Source: Verrucomicrobia subdivision 3 bacterium UBA3939
GTDB taxonomy: Bacteria > Verrucomicrobiota > Verrucomicrobiia > Limisphaerales > UBA3939
Assembly: GCA_002385705.1 (NCBI GenBank)
Contig: DGDZ01000074.1
Coordinates: 77,677 to 141,676, forward strand
Reading direction: 5' to 3'
Length of the DNA stretch: 64,000 nucleotides
The notes under the pieces were generated by a model. It had not been told where the DNA came from. It searched no databases and worked only from the letters and a program-made list of their open reading frames with translations. Shown piece by piece: positions 31,690-40,401 of the stretch. Positions within the stretch are counted from its first letter, which is position 1. Each line of letters starts with the position of its first letter. The position numbers and the translations under genes are program-made.

Positions 31690-31806
31690 TCAGAGTTCGG
31701 GCATTGTCAGTCGATTGGTCGCCAGCAGCATCAGCACCCCGAGCACCATCATCACCTCCATCAGTGTCATCGCGCGCGTTGGGCGTCTGCTCAGTCGGGT
31801 TTTCAT
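31690..31806 (-). pseudogene. 38-codon prepilin-type N-terminal fragment (probably truncated or degenerate)
   Basis: MKTRLSRRPTRAMTLMEVMMVLGVLMLLATNRLTMPEL*. Resembles the (G)FTLIELLVV methylation motif with Glu at +5, but Ala replaces Gly at the cleavage site and no pilin body follows. Confidence 0.25.
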
Positions 31807-31982
31807 GGCAATCGTCTCATGGTATGGCCGGCCGATTCGTCGGCGGGCTGCCACCCGCGTCGCTGGTGATGTTCCTGTCTCCTGCCAGGCTTGCATTCAG
31901 CTCGCGCGGCTGCTCTGTTGCGCCCACGAAATAGCTCAGGTGGATTCGAATACGCCGGCCAAACTGTGCAGAAGGCGGTCTT

Positions 31983-34900
31983 CTACCGGGCGTGGGCGGG
32001 TTCCGGCTCCGGCTCGGGTTCCGCCGGGGCAAAGTCCCTCGCAATGGCGCCGGGATCCTCGCCCTGGTGTTGTTTCGCGATCAGGACATAAATGGCCGGG
32101 ATCACGAGCAGGGTGAACAGCGTTCCCAGCGCCATGCCCGCTACGATGGTGATACCGATCGAGTTGCGCGCGGCGGCGCCGGCGCCGCTGACGAGTGTGA
32201 GCGGGAAGTGGCCGCAAATGGTGGCGGCGCTGGTCATCAGCACCGGGCGCAAGCGCACCAGGGCGGCCTCGCGCACCGCCTGGATCTTGCTCAGCCCGCG
32301 CCGTTGCAGTTCGTTTGCGAACTCGACGATAAGAATGCCGTTCTTGGAGACCAATCCCACCAGGGTCACCAGACCGACCTGCGAATAGATGTTGAGCGTC
32401 GTCGTCCAGCCCTCGGTCCAGAACGGCATATTCTGCCCGGGCATCTTGAGGAAACTGAAGATCAGGGCGCCGAACATGGCCAGCGGCACGGACCCGAGGA
32501 GAATGATGAACGGATCGCGGAAGCTGTTGAATTGCGCGGCCAGCACCAGGAAGATCAGCAGCAACGCCAGGACAAATGCCGGCAGGAACTTGCTGCCTTC
32601 CACGCGCAATTGCCGCGATTCGCCCGTGTAGTCCAGCACATACCCGCGCGGCAGGATCTCGGCCGCTTCGGTCTCGAAGAACCGCAGCGCCTCGTCAAGC
32701 GGGCGGATGGCGACGCCGCTGATCTTGACGGCGTTGAGCTGCTGGAAACGGTTCAGCGACCGCGGCACCGTCTTGCGTTCCAGGTGCGCGAACGTGCTGA
32801 CCGGCACCAGCTCGTTGTTGGGCCCTTTGACGTAGGTGCTTTCCAGCTGAGCGGGATTCAGCCGATCCGCGCGCTGCACCTGCGGGATGACCTTGTAACT
32901 GCGGCCATCGAGGTTGAAACGGTTTACGAAATTGCCGCCCACCAGCGCGGCGAGATCGGCGCCGACGGTCGCCATGTCCAATCCCATGGACGCCACCTTG
33001 TCGCGGTCCAGCACCAGCTCGACCTGCGGCTGGTCGATCTTCGTGTCAATGATCGGCGGGAAGGCGAACATGCCGTTCGTGGCCGCCTTTTGCTGCAACT
33101 GCTGCGCAAAGCCGAGAATCGTTTCCGGATCGGCCGTGGATGCAATCACGACCTCAACCGGGAACTGTCCGCCGCCGGGCAGGGCCGCCGGAGCGGCGAC
33201 CATCGTGCGCACTCCGGGAATGTGGTTCAGGTTCGATTGCACCTGGGGCATGATCTCGAACACCGTTCGTTCGCGTTCACCCCACGGCTTGAGCACGAGC
33301 CCGCCAAAGCCGTTGTCGGGGAACGTGATTTGGAACGTCCGCTCCCATTCCGGCACCGCCATCAGCTCGCGGTTGACCGCTTCCGTGTAGAACGTCGTCT
33401 GATCAATCGTCGCGTCCGCGGGCGCCTCAACGATGCCCAGGAGGAATCCCTGGTCTTCAGTCGGCGCCAGTTCCTTCGGCGCGAGCATGTACATCGGGAA
33501 GGCCAGGAGACTCAGCCCGATCCACACCGCATACACGGCCGGCCGCGCGGAAAGCGTCGTGTCCAGGATTTTCGCGTAAAGGCGCTTCAGCCGCTCGAAA
33601 TCGCGGTTGATCCTTCCGGTGAGGCCCGTGTGCTCCCGCTTGGCGTTCAGCAGCTTTGACGACATCAGCGGCGACAGCGTGAGCGCCACAATGCCGGAGA
33701 TGAACACCGCGCCGGCGAGTGTGAAGGCGAACTCGCGGAACAACGATCCGGTCAGGCCGCCCTGGAACCCGATCGGCGCATAGACCGCCGCCAGGGTGAT
33801 GGTCATGGCGATCACTGGCCCGACGAGTTCGCGCGCGCCCAGCAGCGCGGCGCGGCGCGGGGATTGCCCTTCGCGGATGTGCCGCTCGACGTTCTCGACG
33901 ATGACAATGGCGTCGTCCACCACCAGTCCGACCGAGAGCACGATGGCCAGCAGGGTCAGCAGGTTGAGCGTGAACCCGAACACCTGCATGAGGAACACCG
34001 CGCCGATCAGCGACAGCGGAATGGCCACCAGCGGGACGAGCACCGACCGGATGGACCCGAGGAACAGGAAGATCACGATCGCCACGATGAGCAGCGTTTC
34101 GGAGAGCGTTTCGAGCACCTCGCTGATGGCGTCCTCGATGTAGCGCGTGGCGTCATACGCGATGCTCGCGGTCATCCCGGTCGGGAGATCCTTCTGGATG
34201 GCCGCCATTTCCTCCCGAACCCGCTTGATGACATCAAGCGTGTTCGCATTGGGAAGCACCCAGATGCCCATGAACACCGCCTGCTGGCCGCTGAACCGGA
34301 CTTCGGAATCGTAGTCCTCCGCGCCCAGCACGACATCGGCCACGTCCTTGAGCCGGACGAGTTCGTTGCCCTCCTGGCGAATCACCAGGTTCCGGAATTC
34401 CTCGGGCGTGCGGAGATCGGTGTTGGCCGTCAGGTTGACCTGCACCAGCGCACCCTTGGTGCGGCCGACCGCGGAGAGGAAGTTGTTCGCCGCCAGCGCC
34501 TGCCGCACCTGGTTCGGGTTGATGTTCAACGCCGCCATCCGGTCCGGCTTCAGCCAGATGCGCATGGCAAAGGTGCGCCCGCCCAGAATATCCGCCCGCT
34601 GGACGCCCTCGATCGCGGCCAGCCGCGGCTGCACCACGCGCACGAGGTAATCCGTGATCTGGTTTGCTTCGAGAATGTCCGATGTGAAACTCAGGTAGCT
34701 CGCCGCAAACTGAGAGTCGGCGCTTTCGATGTTGATGATCGGCACCTCCGCCTCGGGCGGCAGGTCGTTCCGGACCTGGTCGATCTTCGAGCTGATCTGC
34801 GCCAGTGCCTTGTTGGCGTCGTAGTTGAGCTTGAGCCTCACTGTGATGGTGGAGAGGCCCATCGTGCTCTTGGACTCGATGTAATCGATGCCATCGGCGG

Positions 34901-35120
34901 CGGCGATGGCGCGCTCGAGCGGAGTGGTGATGAACCCGCGCACGAGCTCGGCGCTGGCGCCGATGTACGCGGTGGTGATGGTGATCGAGGCGTTCTCATT
35001 GCGCGGGTATTGCCGCACATTGAGACTCCGGATCGCCTGCAATCCGGCGATCAGGATGATCAGGTTGACCACGATCGCCAGGACCGGGCGGCGGAGGAAA
35101 ATGTCGGTGAACGCCTTCAT
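31983..35120 (-). CDS. RND efflux transporter permease (AcrB/MexB-like, HAE1)
   Basis: 1045 aa, 12-TM RND architecture with N-terminus MKAFTDIFLRRPVLAIVVNL and two large periplasmic loops. Pro/Glu-rich C-terminal tail. Confidence 0.9.
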   Translation of the reverse strand: MKAFTDIFLRRPVLAIVVNLIILIAGLQAIRSLNVRQYPRNENASITITTAYIGASAELVRGFITTPLERAIAAADGIDYIESKSTMGLSTITVRLKLNYDANKALAQISSKIDQVRNDLPPEAEVPIINIESADSQFAASYLSFTSDILEANQITDYLVRVVQPRLAAIEGVQRADILGGRTFAMRIWLKPDRMAALNINPNQVRQALAANNFLSAVGRTKGALVQVNLTANTDLRTPEEFRNLVIRQEGNELVRLKDVADVVLGAEDYDSEVRFSGQQAVFMGIWVLPNANTLDVIKRVREEMAAIQKDLPTGMTASIAYDATRYIEDAISEVLETLSETLLIVAIVIFLFLGSIRSVLVPLVAIPLSLIGAVFLMQVFGFTLNLLTLLAIVLSVGLVVDDAIVIVENVERHIREGQSPRRAALLGARELVGPVIAMTITLAAVYAPIGFQGGLTGSLFREFAFTLAGAVFISGIVALTLSPLMSSKLLNAKREHTGLTGRINRDFERLKRLYAKILDTTLSARPAVYAVWIGLSLLAFPMYMLAPKELAPTEDQGFLLGIVEAPADATIDQTTFYTEAVNRELMAVPEWERTFQITFPDNGFGGLVLKPWGERERTVFEIMPQVQSNLNHIPGVRTMVAAPAALPGGGQFPVEVVIASTADPETILGFAQQLQQKAATNGMFAFPPIIDTKIDQPQVELVLDRDKVASMGLDMATVGADLAALVGGNFVNRFNLDGRSYKVIPQVQRADRLNPAQLESTYVKGPNNELVPVSTFAHLERKTVPRSLNRFQQLNAVKISGVAIRPLDEALRFFETEAAEILPRGYVLDYTGESRQLRVEGSKFLPAFVLALLLIFLVLAAQFNSFRDPFIILLGSVPLAMFGALIFSFLKMPGQNMPFWTEGWTTTLNIYSQVGLVTLVGLVSKNGILIVEFANELQRRGLSKIQAVREAALVRLRPVLMTSAATICGHFPLTLVSGAGAAARNSIGITIVAGMALGTLFTLLVIPAIYVLIAKQHQGEDPGAIARDFAPAEPEPEPEPAHAR

Positions 35121-35144
35121 GCCTGTGTTCCGAAAACGATCGCG

Positions 35145-36266
35145 TTACTTGTCGGGCGGATTGGGGTTCTCGCCCGCGGCGGGCACGAGCTCGTTGTTGA
35201 CGGCGACGGACATCCCGTTGCGCAGCTTGAACAGGCCGGCGCTGGCGACGGTCTGGCCCGGCTGGAGGCCCGATTCGATGCTGACAAAGTCGCCCCGCGC
35301 GCGCCCGGTCCGGACGAACTGCTGCCGGACCACGAGGCCGCCGGTGTTGTTGGTGGCGGGTTCAATCAGGTAAACGGAATCGCCGTAGGGCGCGCCGAGC
35401 ACGGCCGTCGAGGGAACGACAACCACTTCGTCCGCGGATTCAAGCACCACCTCGACGCGGACGAACATGCCCGGGCGCAGTTCCTGGTCCGGGTTTTCGA
35501 ACGTGGCCTGAATCTGCACGCTCCGGGTGGACGCTTTCAGATCGGGATTGATGGCCGTCAGCTTTCCTTCGAAACGCTTGTCCGGATACGCATCGGCCCA
35601 GGCGAGCACTATCATGCCGGTCCTCAGCCGGGACAGCTCCTGCTGGGGAAGGGAAAACCGCACAAACACCGGCGCGAGCGATTGAAGCGAAACAATCGGT
35701 TCACCCGGATCGAGATATTCGCCGAGGTTCACCTGGCGGATGCCGAGGATGCCGGCGAACGGCGCGCGAATGATCTTCTTGTCGATCGCAGCGCGAATGG
35801 CGTCGGCGCTGGCCTGCAGTTGCTTGAGCGACGCTTCCGCCGCGTCGAGTTCGGCCTGGGAGACGGTGTTGTCGGCGCGCAACTGGCGAAGGCGTTCCGC
35901 GTTCACGCGCGCCAGATCCGCCTGCGCTTCCATCGCCCGGAGCTGCGCCTGCTCCGTGCTGCTGTCGAGTTCGATCAGCACCTCGCCCTGCCGGACGCGG
36001 GCGCCGGATTCGAAGGCGATCTTCGTGATGATGCCGGCGACTTCGGTGGTGATATCCACGCCCTGCACGGCGACGACCGACCCGATGGCGGTGAGCGTCT
36101 TCGGCCAGGTTTCCCTGCGGACCACGAAGGAGGAAACGGATTCCGGCGGTTGAACGAACGCTTTGCTCGCCGCGATCAGCGTGCTGATCTGAAGTCCTTT
36201 GATACCACCGAGAAGTCCGGCGAATATGAGGACGATAAGAATGCCAACTGCAATTTTTCGTTTCAT
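35145..36266 (-). CDS. RND efflux periplasmic adaptor (membrane fusion protein)
   Basis: N-terminal anchor MKRKIAVGILIVLIFAGLL, coiled-coil hairpin (TEQAQLRAMEAQADLARVNAERL...), beta-barrel region. Lies 24 nt upstream of the RND pump. Confidence 0.85.
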   Translation of the reverse strand: MKRKIAVGILIVLIFAGLLGGIKGLQISTLIAASKAFVQPPESVSSFVVRRETWPKTLTAIGSVVAVQGVDITTEVAGIITKIAFESGARVRQGEVLIELDSSTEQAQLRAMEAQADLARVNAERLRQLRADNTVSQAELDAAEASLKQLQASADAIRAAIDKKIIRAPFAGILGIRQVNLGEYLDPGEPIVSLQSLAPVFVRFSLPQQELSRLRTGMIVLAWADAYPDKRFEGKLTAINPDLKASTRSVQIQATFENPDQELRPGMFVRVEVVLESADEVVVVPSTAVLGAPYGDSVYLIEPATNNTGGLVVRQQFVRTGRARGDFVSIESGLQPGQTVASAGLFKLRNGMSVAVNNELVPAAGENPNPPDK

Positions 36267-36298
36267 GGTTTTTGTCCTGAGAATCCCCGCAGGATGCG

Positions 36299-36907
36299 TC
36301 AACCTGCTCGCTTTTTCGCCGCCGCGCCAGTCAAAAAGAGATCCACCATCCGCGCCGCGGCGGCGCGATTCAGAGGCGAATCGGGCATCAGTAGATGCGA
36401 AGCGAGGCAGGAGTTGAGCTGGCCGTAGAACGCGTTGGCCAGATCTCTCGGGGTGAAACGCCTGTTCAACACTCCCGCCTTTGCCGCCCGCTTCATCAGT
36501 GAATGAATGAATTCAAAGTTTCGTTCGCACTTTTCCAGGTAGGACAGCCCTTTCGGCAGCTCTCCCGGTGCCGCAAACGCCGTCGCGAACGCAATCCGCA
36601 TCAGTTCCCTGTTCTTCTTCAGGTAGTCGAACAGGGACGCGACGATGGCCACCAGTTGCGTCCGGAGCTCGCGTGAATCCTCCGCGGCCGCCCGCATCAA
36701 CCGGTATCGCTCGTCGTGCGCTTCGTCCACGAGCGCCTGGAAAAGGCCGGCTTTGTCCTTGAAATGGTAGTAGAGCGCCGGTTTCGAGACCCGGGCGTCA
36801 CTCACAATCTGCTGCACGGAGGTGGCCGCGTAGCCGCTGTGGGCAAAATGCTTCAACGCAGCAGACAAAATCTGCTTGCGCGTCAGGCTTTGTGCGCCGG
36901 TGCTCAT
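36299..36907 (-). CDS. TetR/AcrR family transcriptional regulator
   Basis: HTH region LKHFAHSGYAATSVQQIVSDARVSKPALYYHFKDK. First gene of the efflux operon. Confidence 0.85.
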   Translation of the reverse strand: MSTGAQSLTRKQILSAALKHFAHSGYAATSVQQIVSDARVSKPALYYHFKDKAGLFQALVDEAHDERYRLMRAAAEDSRELRTQLVAIVASLFDYLKKNRELMRIAFATAFAAPGELPKGLSYLEKCERNFEFIHSLMKRAAKAGVLNRRFTPRDLANAFYGQLNSCLASHLLMPDSPLNRAAAARMVDLFLTGAAAKKRAG

Positions 36908-36911
36908 GGAA

Positions 36912-36929
36912 ACCTACCGAACGGTAGGT
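36912..36929. promoter_or_regulatory. 18-bp perfect palindrome ACCTACCG-AA-CGGTAGGT, candidate TetR operator
   Basis: Read directly, 5 nt upstream of the tetR start codon (36907). Size and symmetry fit TetR-family operators. Confidence 0.45.
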
Positions 36930-37174
36930 ACGGACACCCGGCCCGTCAACCGGAAATCCGATCCATGGAACGAAAGTGGTATCCGGAGAGGCAATACGCC
37001 AGGCCATACGCCCGACGAAACGCCCCGAACGCGACCTTCGACTCCGCGCCGGACGATATCTGCCGCAGACAACATCGACCGCAACCCGCCTTCCAATCCC
37101 GGGCGCGCAACGCCGCAGGGAACCGCCGGATTTCGCTGGCGTGCAAGCCGCGAGCCTTGTAGAACGTTCCGCCA

Positions 37175-38818
37175 ATGACCACCGGTACACCGAAAGAAGG
37201 CTGGAGTTCTCGCATCGGCGTTATCATGGCAGTGGCGGGAAGCGCGGTGGGCCTGGGCAATTTCCTGCGTTTCCCGGGGTTGGCGGCGCAGTACGGGAGC
37301 GGCGCCTTCATGATCGCCTACTTCACTTCGCTCCTCATCCTCGGCATCCCCATCTGCTGGGCCGAATGGACGCTCGGCCGCTACGCCGGCCAACGAGGGT
37401 TCCGGTCCAGCCCGGGCATCTTCTACGCGCTGATCCGGCATCCCGTCGGCAAATATATCGGCGCGCTCGGCGCGATTATCCCGGTGACGATCTACATGTA
37501 TTACGTGTACATCGAGGCGTGGTGCCTGGGCTACGCCTGGAAATCGGCGACCGGCGGCCTCAGCAACCTGGGAGGCGACGTCGCCGCTTACGTATCGTTC
37601 TGGGAGCGGTTCGTCGGCGCGACCGAGGACGGCCTGGCCATCAGCCCGGGATCCAACGGCGTCATCCTCTTTCTCTTCATCGTCTTTGCCCTGAACTTCG
37701 TGATCATCTATCGCGGCCTGTCGCGCGGCATCGAAGCCTTCTGCAAGTGGGGCATGCCGGCGCTGATGGTGCTCGCGCTGGTGATCCTCGCCCGCGTGCT
37801 GACGCTCGGAACGCTGGACCCGTCCAAGCCGGACCAGAACATCCTGAACGCGCTCGGGTACATGTGGAATCCCGGTGACGTGGTTCATCAGTTGAGGAAC
37901 CCGCAGTTGTGGCTGGCCGCGGCCGGGCAGGTCTTTTTCTCGCTGTCGGTCGGCTTCGGCGTGGTGATCACCTACGCGAGTTATCTCAGCCAGAAGGACG
38001 ACATCGTCCTGAGCGCGCTGACGGCGAGCAGCGCGAACGAGTTTTGCGAAGTGGCGCTGGGCGGCATGATCACGGTGCCGGCGGCGTTTCTGTTCATGGG
38101 CGCGGCGGTTGGCGGGTTCATCGGCAGCAGTTTCAGCCTCGGGTTCAAGGTGCTGCCCATGGTGTTCGCGAGAATGCCGTTCTCGGAGTTTTTTGGAACG
38201 GCCTTTTTCTTCCTGCTGTTTCTCGCGGCCATCACGAGTTCGCTGTCGATGTTGCAGCCGGGTATTGCGTTCCTCGAGGAGGGGCTGGCCCTCAATCGAA
38301 AGCAATCCGTCGCCCTGCTCGGGCTCATCACGGCCCTGGGCACGCTGTTCATCGTCTATTTCAGCAAGGACGTGAAAGCGCTGGACACGATCGATTTCTG
38401 GATAGGCACCTTCATGCTGTTCGTCATGGCCAGCGTCATCATTGTCGTGTTCGGCTGGGTTGTGGGCGTGGACAAGGCCTGGGAGGAGGCGCACAGGGGT
38501 GCCGCGTTGCGCATTCCGGGCTTTTTCAAGCCGATCATGAAGTATGTGTGCCCGCTGTATCTGTTGACGATCTTTGTGCTGTGGATTCTGTTCAAGGTGC
38601 TCGGCTGGGATCTCAGCACGGGAGAATTCAAGCCAACGGGCTATGTCACGGACCTGATCGGGCCGGAATACAGCGTGGTGGCGCGGCTGAGCGTCGGGTT
38701 TGTCCTGGTGATCATCACCTTCTTCCTGATCACCACGGCGGCGGCCGGGCGGCGCTGGGACAAGAACCGGTCCGATCAACGGGTTCGAAATGAAACCAAA
38801 GCGGAGGTCGGACAATGA
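37175..38818 (+). CDS. sodium-dependent transporter, NSS/SNF family
   Basis: WSSRIGVIMAVAGSAVGLGNFLRFP signature, ~12 TM, 547 aa. Confidence 0.9.
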   Translation: MTTGTPKEGWSSRIGVIMAVAGSAVGLGNFLRFPGLAAQYGSGAFMIAYFTSLLILGIPICWAEWTLGRYAGQRGFRSSPGIFYALIRHPVGKYIGALGAIIPVTIYMYYVYIEAWCLGYAWKSATGGLSNLGGDVAAYVSFWERFVGATEDGLAISPGSNGVILFLFIVFALNFVIIYRGLSRGIEAFCKWGMPALMVLALVILARVLTLGTLDPSKPDQNILNALGYMWNPGDVVHQLRNPQLWLAAAGQVFFSLSVGFGVVITYASYLSQKDDIVLSALTASSANEFCEVALGGMITVPAAFLFMGAAVGGFIGSSFSLGFKVLPMVFARMPFSEFFGTAFFFLLFLAAITSSLSMLQPGIAFLEEGLALNRKQSVALLGLITALGTLFIVYFSKDVKALDTIDFWIGTFMLFVMASVIIVVFGWVVGVDKAWEEAHRGAALRIPGFFKPIMKYVCPLYLLTIFVLWILFKVLGWDLSTGEFKPTGYVTDLIGPEYSVVARLSVGFVLVIITFFLITTAAAGRRWDKNRSDQRVRNETKAEVGQ

Positions 38819-38961
38819 GCACAGGCGGTTGGATCACCATGTCGCTGTCGGTGGGTTTCGTCGTGGGCCTCTTCGTCTGGTGCATCTGGCGAGTGATGAC
38901 CGCACCGCAAGCGGACTCCCACCTCCACGGCATCGAAGACATCGATACGGGAGAAGACTGA
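38815..38961 (+). CDS. 48-aa single-TM micro-ORF, MetS-like NSS transporter small subunit (not in the ORF track)
   Basis: Translated by hand: MSTGGWITMSLSVGFVVGLFVWCIWRVMTAPQADSHLHGIEDIDTGED*. ATGA overlap with the NSS gene stop. One TM helix plus an acidic tail. Confidence 0.5.
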   Translation: MSTGGWITMSLSVGFVVGLFVWCIWRVMTAPQADSHLHGIEDIDTGED

Positions 38962-38968
38962 ACGAAGC

Positions 38969-39006
38969 GGGACAATTCTCGACGCATATGCGCGCGGAAT
39001 TGTCCC
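38969..39006. repeat. 38-bp palindromic element, copy 1
   Basis: GGGACAATTC-TCGACGCATATGCGCGCG-GAATTGTCCC: 10-bp perfect outer stems and an inner CGCATATGCG palindrome. Confidence 0.85.
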
Positions 39007-39062
39007 GGCTGCGCCGCCAATTCCGGTTTTCAGCAGGCGGTCTCTCGACTACAGTCCGGCGC

Positions 39063-40112
39063 GTGAATGCGAACCGACCGCGCCAGTTTGCCAGCGACAA
39101 CTATGCGGGCATCTGTCCCGAGGCCCTGGAGGCCCTGTTGGAGGCGAACGCCCATCACGAGGTCAGCTACGGCGAAGACGCATGGACTGCGAAAGCCGCC
39201 GACCTGATCCGCGAGGTGTTCGAAACGAAGTGCGAAGTGTTCTTTGTTTTCAATGGAACCGCCGCGAACTCGCTTTCGCTCGCGGCGCTGTGCCAGTCCT
39301 ATCACAGCGTGCTCTGCCATGAATTGGCGCACGTCGAAACCTCCGAGTGCGGCGCTCCGGAGTTCTTCGCCAACGGCAGCAAAGTCCTCCTGTTGCCCGG
39401 CGCCAACGGGAAGATCGATCCCGCCGCGGTCCGGAACGCAGTTCTGAAGCGCACCGATATTCATTATCCCAAGCCGCGCGCGTTGAGCCTGACCCAGGTG
39501 ACGGAGGTCGGCACGGTGTATTCGCCCGACGAACTTCGGGCGTTAACCGCCGTTGCGCGGGAGCACGGGTTGCGGGTGCATATGGACGGCTCGCGATTCG
39601 CCAACGCCGTCGCTGCGTTGGGTGTTGCGCCGAAGGAAATCTCCTGGCAGGCCGGCGTGGACGTGCTCTGCTTCGGTGGCTCGAAGAACGGTATCGGGAT
39701 CGGCGAGGCCGTGGTGTTCTTCGATCTGGAACTGGCGAAGGAGTTCGAATACCGGTGCAAGCAAGGCGGCCAGCTCGCGTCGAAAATGCGGTTTCTGTCG
39801 GCACCGTGGACGGGGATGTTGCGCGACGGCGCGTGGCTGAAGCACGCGCGGCGTTCAAACGCGATGGCGAAGCGCCTGGCTGAAGGGCTTTCCCGCGTGC
39901 CGGGTGTGGAGATCGTGTATCCGGTGGATTCGAACGCCGTGTTCGTCCGTCTACCGTCCGGCATGGAAGAGGCCTTGCACCGGCGCGGCTGGCATTTCTA
40001 CACCGGTGTCGTGACGCCCTTCGAATCGCGATTGATGTGCAGTTGGGACACAACCGAGGAGGACGTGGACGCCTTCGTGGCGGACGCTTTGCGATTGACG
40101 ATTGACGATTGA
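39063..40112 (+). CDS. ltaE: low-specificity L-threonine aldolase (PLP-dependent)
   Basis: FASDNYAGICPEALEAL..., NGTAANSL, lysine region CFGGSKNG. GTG start at 39063 chosen. The tracked ORF start (38790) and the ATG at 38988 inside the palindrome look like artefacts. Confidence 0.8.
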   Translation: MNANRPRQFASDNYAGICPEALEALLEANAHHEVSYGEDAWTAKAADLIREVFETKCEVFFVFNGTAANSLSLAALCQSYHSVLCHELAHVETSECGAPEFFANGSKVLLLPGANGKIDPAAVRNAVLKRTDIHYPKPRALSLTQVTEVGTVYSPDELRALTAVAREHGLRVHMDGSRFANAVAALGVAPKEISWQAGVDVLCFGGSKNGIGIGEAVVFFDLELAKEFEYRCKQGGQLASKMRFLSAPWTGMLRDGAWLKHARRSNAMAKRLAEGLSRVPGVEIVYPVDSNAVFVRLPSGMEEALHRRGWHFYTGVVTPFESRLMCSWDTTEEDVDAFVADALRLTIDD

Positions 40113-40401
40113 CGCGGTGTTGGGGATTGACGCGGCGCAGACTGATCGGCCGGCAGGACTGACCAGCGGCGGGGCACGCGTCCTCGTGCTTGCCAGGCCG
40201 GAGCCGTCGTACGATGACGCTGGCAGCTTTACAACAGCAGCAACGAACTCAAGCCAGTTGCTTTCAGCTCTAAAGGCCCACTCGTTTTTGTTTGATCAAG
40301 CTGGTCGTACGACGGCTCGCGAGGACGCTCGCCCCACGGGGAAGAGAGCCGATAGCCGCCGCCCCACCCCCGCGTCAATCGTCAATCGTCAATCGTAAAT
40401 C
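40093..40401. repeat. ~310-bp composite palindromic element (heptamer-array termini plus inverted family A modules)
   Basis: Left end (GATTGAC)x3-GCGG at 40093-40117; right end is its reverse complement CCGC-(GTCAATC)x3-GTAAATC at 40370-40401. Inside, family A copies at 40168-40216 and 40303-40338 are inverted. Fills the gap between convergent genes and overlaps both stop codons. Confidence 0.75.

Noticed and set aside
33864-36428. 854-aa plus-strand ORF
   Set aside because: Antisense shadow of the RND pump and adaptor genes.
36930-37174. Possible glycine or SAM riboswitch in the 245-nt leader of the NSS transporter (a GGAGAG string is present)
   Set aside because: The conserved ACCGAAGG-type and other core motifs of glycine and SAM-I/II riboswitches are absent. 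Only an Infernal scan could settle this.
36914-38815. 633-aa minus-strand ORF
   Set aside because: Antisense shadow of the NSS transporter; His/Arg/Asp/Gln-rich and not protein-like.
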